This document shows, piece after piece, positions 60,341 through 64,000 of a stretch of 64,000 bases of DNA. Origin of the DNA: Macrostomum hystrix (Eukaryota; Animalia; Platyhelminthes). The translations under genes and the position numbers were made by a program. The notes under the pieces were generated by a model. That model had not been told where the DNA came from. It searched no databases and saw nothing but the letters and a program-made list of their open reading frames with translations. The stretch spans positions 5,580,001-5,644,000 of the forward strand of contig CATNEN010000029.1 of assembly GCA_950097015.1 (NCBI GenBank), read 5' to 3'. How positions within the stretch are numbered: position 1 is the first letter of the stretch; every line of letters begins with the position of its first letter.

Positions 60341-60547
60341 TTAAAGATCTTATTCAGAGAAAACTACAGCAGAATCAGTAAAATAAGCACTTTCTAAATA
60401 CACCAATGTATCCTCATATTAAGCATGAAAAAAGCAGTTTTAGCTTCTAATTTGTAGGAACAGATGTATACATTACGAATTACAATACGAGCTAATATAT
60501 TACAAAATATTTTTCTTCTAGGTAGCTCCCTGTATAATCATTAAAAC

Positions 60548-61190
60548 TGTCTCCCTGTCCCATCCTCTGTCTCCCTGTCCCATCCTCTGTCTCCCTGTTA
60601 CCGTCCTCTGTCTCCCTGTCCCATCCTCTGTCTCCCTGTTACCATCCTCTGTCTCCTTGTTACCATCCTCTGTCTCCCTGTTACCGTCCTCTGTCTCCCT
60701 GTCCTATCCTCTGTCTCCCTGTCCCATCCTCTGTCTCCTTGTTACCATCCTCTGTCTCCCTGTTACCGTCCTCTGTCTCCCTGTTACCGTCCTCTGTCTC
60801 CCTGTCCTATCCTCTGTCTCCCTGTCCCATCCTCTGTCTCCTTGTTACCATCCTCTGTCTCCCTGTTACCGTCCTCTGTCTCCCTGTTACCGTCCTCAGT
60901 CTCCCTGTTACCGTCCTCTGTCTCCTTGTTACCGTCCTCTGTCTCCTTGTTACCGTCCTCTGTCTCCTTGTTACCGTCCTCTGTCTCCTTGTTACCGTCC
61001 TCTGTCTACCTGTTACCGTCCTCTGTCTTCCTGTCCCATCCTCTGTCTTCCTGTCCCATCCTCTGTCTCCCTGTTACCATCCTCTGTCTCCCTGTTTCCG
61101 TCCTCTGTCTCCCTGTCCCATTCTCTGTCTCCCTGTCCCATTCTCTGTCTTCCTGTTCCATCCTCTGTCTCCCTTCCCCATCCTCTGTCT
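60548..61190. repeat. 20/21-bp pyrimidine-rich minisatellite (CTGTCTCCCTGTTACCGTCCT)n
   Basis: Visible array. Confidence 0.93.
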
Positions 61191-61729
61191 TGTATGCACC
61201 CATTTTTAATTAAGTTTTTTTTTCTCCCGCGCTCCTCAAACTCTGCCACGCCGAGCTGCCACACTAATCTCTAGTCTGTGGCAGCCCAAATCCCCCTGCC
61301 AATTCCAATGCGCAACTATTGGTTGCTGCGCAGTATCTGTAACAGGTGTGTCTCCAATCTCAGCTTTCCGCCGGCAAATGCAAAGCCGCACAGCGGAACG
61401 AACCCGCACTGGGCTGGATTTCTGAAACCTCTGTCAGCTATAATTAAGAGGCCTCGATAAACAGAATCTGGTGGCGCCCCATTTATTCTCTCGTCAAGCT
61501 GTCGGGCGTTTCTCCCCGAACGGCTTCCACCGATAAGCCTTCGAGGCGGGTCCTTCGCAAATGAAAACTGCCGGGTTGGTCAAGCGAGGCGAACTCGGGC
61601 TTTGGTTGGCCCGTTGCGAACCCGAAGCTGGGTGCAAACACTGCCACGGAGCTGGTGACAAAAATAATTATTTTTCTGATGTTTCCGAACGTACTCTCTC
61701 CCTTTCTCCTCCTTCTTTCTGCTTCTCTC

Positions 61730-62950
61730 TCTTAATGTCTCTCCATCAATCTCTCTCCAATGTCTCCTTATCAATCCCTCTCCAATGTCTCCCTATCAAT
61801 CTCTCTCCAATGTCTCCCTATCAATACCTCTCCAATGTCTCCCTATCAATCTCTCTCCAATGTCTCCCTATCAATCTCTCTCCAATGTCTCCTAATCAAT
61901 CTCTCTCCAATGTCTCCCTACCAATCTCTCTCCAATGTCTCCCTATCAATCTCTCTCCAATGTCTCCTTATCAATCTCTCTCCAATGTCTCCTAATCAAT
62001 CTCTCTCCAATGTCTCCCTACCAATCTCTCTCCAATGTCTTCTTATCAATCTCTCTCCAATGTCTCCCTACCAATCTCTCTCCAATGTCTCCCTATCAAT
62101 CTCTCTCCAATGTCTCCCTATCAATCTCTCTCCAATGTCTCCCTATCAATCTCTCTCCAATGTCTCCCTATCAATTTCTCTCCAATGTCTCCCTATCAAT
62201 TTCTCTCCAATGTCTCCCTATCAATCTCTCTCCAATGTCTCCCTATCAATTTCTCTCCAATGTCTCTCTATCAATTTCTCTCCAATGTCTCCTTATCAAT
62301 TTCTCTCCAATGTCTCCCTATCAATTTCTCTCCAATGTCTCCCTATCAATCTCTCTCCAATGTCTCCTAATCAATCTCTCTCCAATGTCCCCCTATCAAT
62401 ATCTCTCCAATGTCTCCCTATCAATCCCTCTCCAATGTCCCCCTATCAATATCTCTCCAATGTCTCCCTATCAATTTCTCTCCAATGTCTCCCTATCAAT
62501 CTCTCTCCAATGTCTCCTTATCAATCCCTCTCCAATGTCTCCCTATCAATTTCTCTCCAATGTCTCCCTATCAATCTCTCTCCAATGTCTCCCTATCAAT
62601 TTCTCTCCAATGTCTCCCTATCAATCTCTCTCCAATGTCTCCCTATCAATCTCTCTCCAATGTCTCCTAATCAATCTCTCTCCAATGTCTCCTTATCAAT
62701 CTCTCTCCAATGTCTCCTAATCAATCTCTCTCCAATGTCTCCTAATCAATCTCTCTCCAATGTCTCCCTATCAATTTCTCTCCAATGTCTCCCTATCAAT
62801 TTCTCTCCAATGTCTCTCTATCAATTTCTCTCCAATGTCTCCTTATCAATCTCTCTCCAATGTCTTATTATCAATCTCTCTCCAATGTCTCCTTATCAAT
62901 CTCTCCAATGTCTCCCTATCAATCTCTCTCCAATGTCTCCCTATCAATCA
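61730..62950. repeat. 25-bp minisatellite (TCTCCAATGTCTCCCTATCAATCTC)n
   Basis: Visible array, period counted as 25. Confidence 0.95.
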
Positions 62951-63712
62951 ATCCCCACATGAAATATTGAGTAGGCAAATACTTTCAGGTCATCAGTGTA
63001 CTCCAATCATTGGAGCATGTCCAACAAAGGAGACATGATTCTCCAAAGTTCTTCGCAACTTCATGAGTCGCTCGGCGCCCGCCAGCGATGAAGATCTACA
63101 AGTGTGGCGGCGGGGCTATGGCCAGAGCAGATTACAGATCTGTCAGCGCCAATCAGTGCTGCATGGGCCGAAAAACTCACGGCCCAATGCGCAGTTGCAC
63201 TTGATTAGGCTGGACATTGGGAGGGAGAGATTGCCGGCCACTTTCACATTCTCCCCCCCTCTCTCTCCCTCTCTCGGCCATCGACGCGACAAAAATTGAA
63301 TCGCGGGGCGACGGCCAGATCTTCTCTTGACGACTCGCGCCCCCCAGTTCCGCATTCTTTGCTGCTTCTCTTCAGGGGCGGGGGGGCCAGGAGGGGGTGG
63401 GGCGCCTTTCCCCGGCTAAGCCTCCCTAGAAGCGGTTTATCCCGCAGAGCAAATCCACTTACGCCTCCTCGAACGCCAGCTCCCCTCTACCCGCCCTCGA
63501 GCGGGCCGACCTCGCCTTCCCCACCCCGCCAGGTCCCGGCCGGCTCAGCCGACTGCATGGCTTCATGGCAGCCAGCAATTGGCCAGCTGGGATAAGCTGC
63601 AGTTTTTTATCTGGCTGGATTTAGGCTCGGCATTGGCAGAGAGGGCGGCAACTCCAGCTGGCAACTAAAAAGAAAAAATACAACACTGGCTGGCAACCTT
63701 TGTGTGGAAAGT

Positions 63713-64000
63713 ATGTCGCGGGCAGCATTGATTATTGTTGCTATAGCAACAGTGGCCAGCTCGCAGCAACTGCAAATGCCGTCAGCAAAGCTACGCGGTC
63801 TGCGGGTGATCTTGGGTGCCATGCCGTGGTCAGAGGCGGCACAGCTATGCGCCAAAGAGGGTCTGACATTGGCGCCCGCCGCAGCCGTGGCTGGAGGCGC
63901 CGCCATCGCTGGCAGCCGGCTGGCCGAGGAGCGGGTCGATCGGCGGCTCTGGATCGACGGCACTCGCGATCGGCGTCGGTGCAGCTGCCGTTGGGAGCTG
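63713..64000 (+). CDS. 5' part of a secreted, possibly C-type-lectin-like protein (runs off the window)
   Basis: MSRAALIIVAIATVASSQQ (signal-peptide-like)...LRVILGAMPWSEAAQLCAKEGLTLA...RLWIDG resembles the CTLD W-x-x-A-x-x-x-C...LA...WIG pattern. No stop before 64000, so it is absent from the ORF track. Confidence 0.55.
   Translation, partial: MSRAALIIVAIATVASSQQLQMPSAKLRGLRVILGAMPWSEAAQLCAKEGLTLAPAAAVAGGAAIAGSRLAEERVDRRLWIDGTRDRRRCSCRWEL

Overview
Eukaryotic (animal) genomic DNA. GC-rich, Ala/Gln-rich exons sit in AT-rich introns filled with minisatellites. This style suggests a free-living flatworm such as Macrostomum, but that is inference only. Host genes I can reconstruct by hand: a 3-exon class-A peptide-type GPCR with one internal frameshift, a caveolin with two alternative RDP-containing first exons, an orphan single-pass membrane protein, a His/Pro/Cys-repeat protein, and the start of a secreted C-type-lectin-like protein running off the window end. 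Mobile DNA: a tRNA-derived CORE-like SINE, an intact DD34D mariner, and an RTE-like LINE with a twin-priming-type 5' inversion and 11-bp TSD. The dominant structure is a 30.6-kb minus-strand head-to-tail array (20425-51039) of nine Helitron units joined at CTAG|TC-type junctions. It holds three ~5-kb satellite-filled non-autonomous units, one 13.6-kb autonomous unit and five ~340-bp mini-units with a different 3' terminator. The autonomous unit has an apparently intact 9-exon, 1786-aa STPR-like repeat/OTU/Zn-finger/Rep/PIF1 gene. Most long ORFs in the supplied track are artefacts of tandem repeats. Repeat boundaries are approximate; splice and terminus coordinates were counted by hand.
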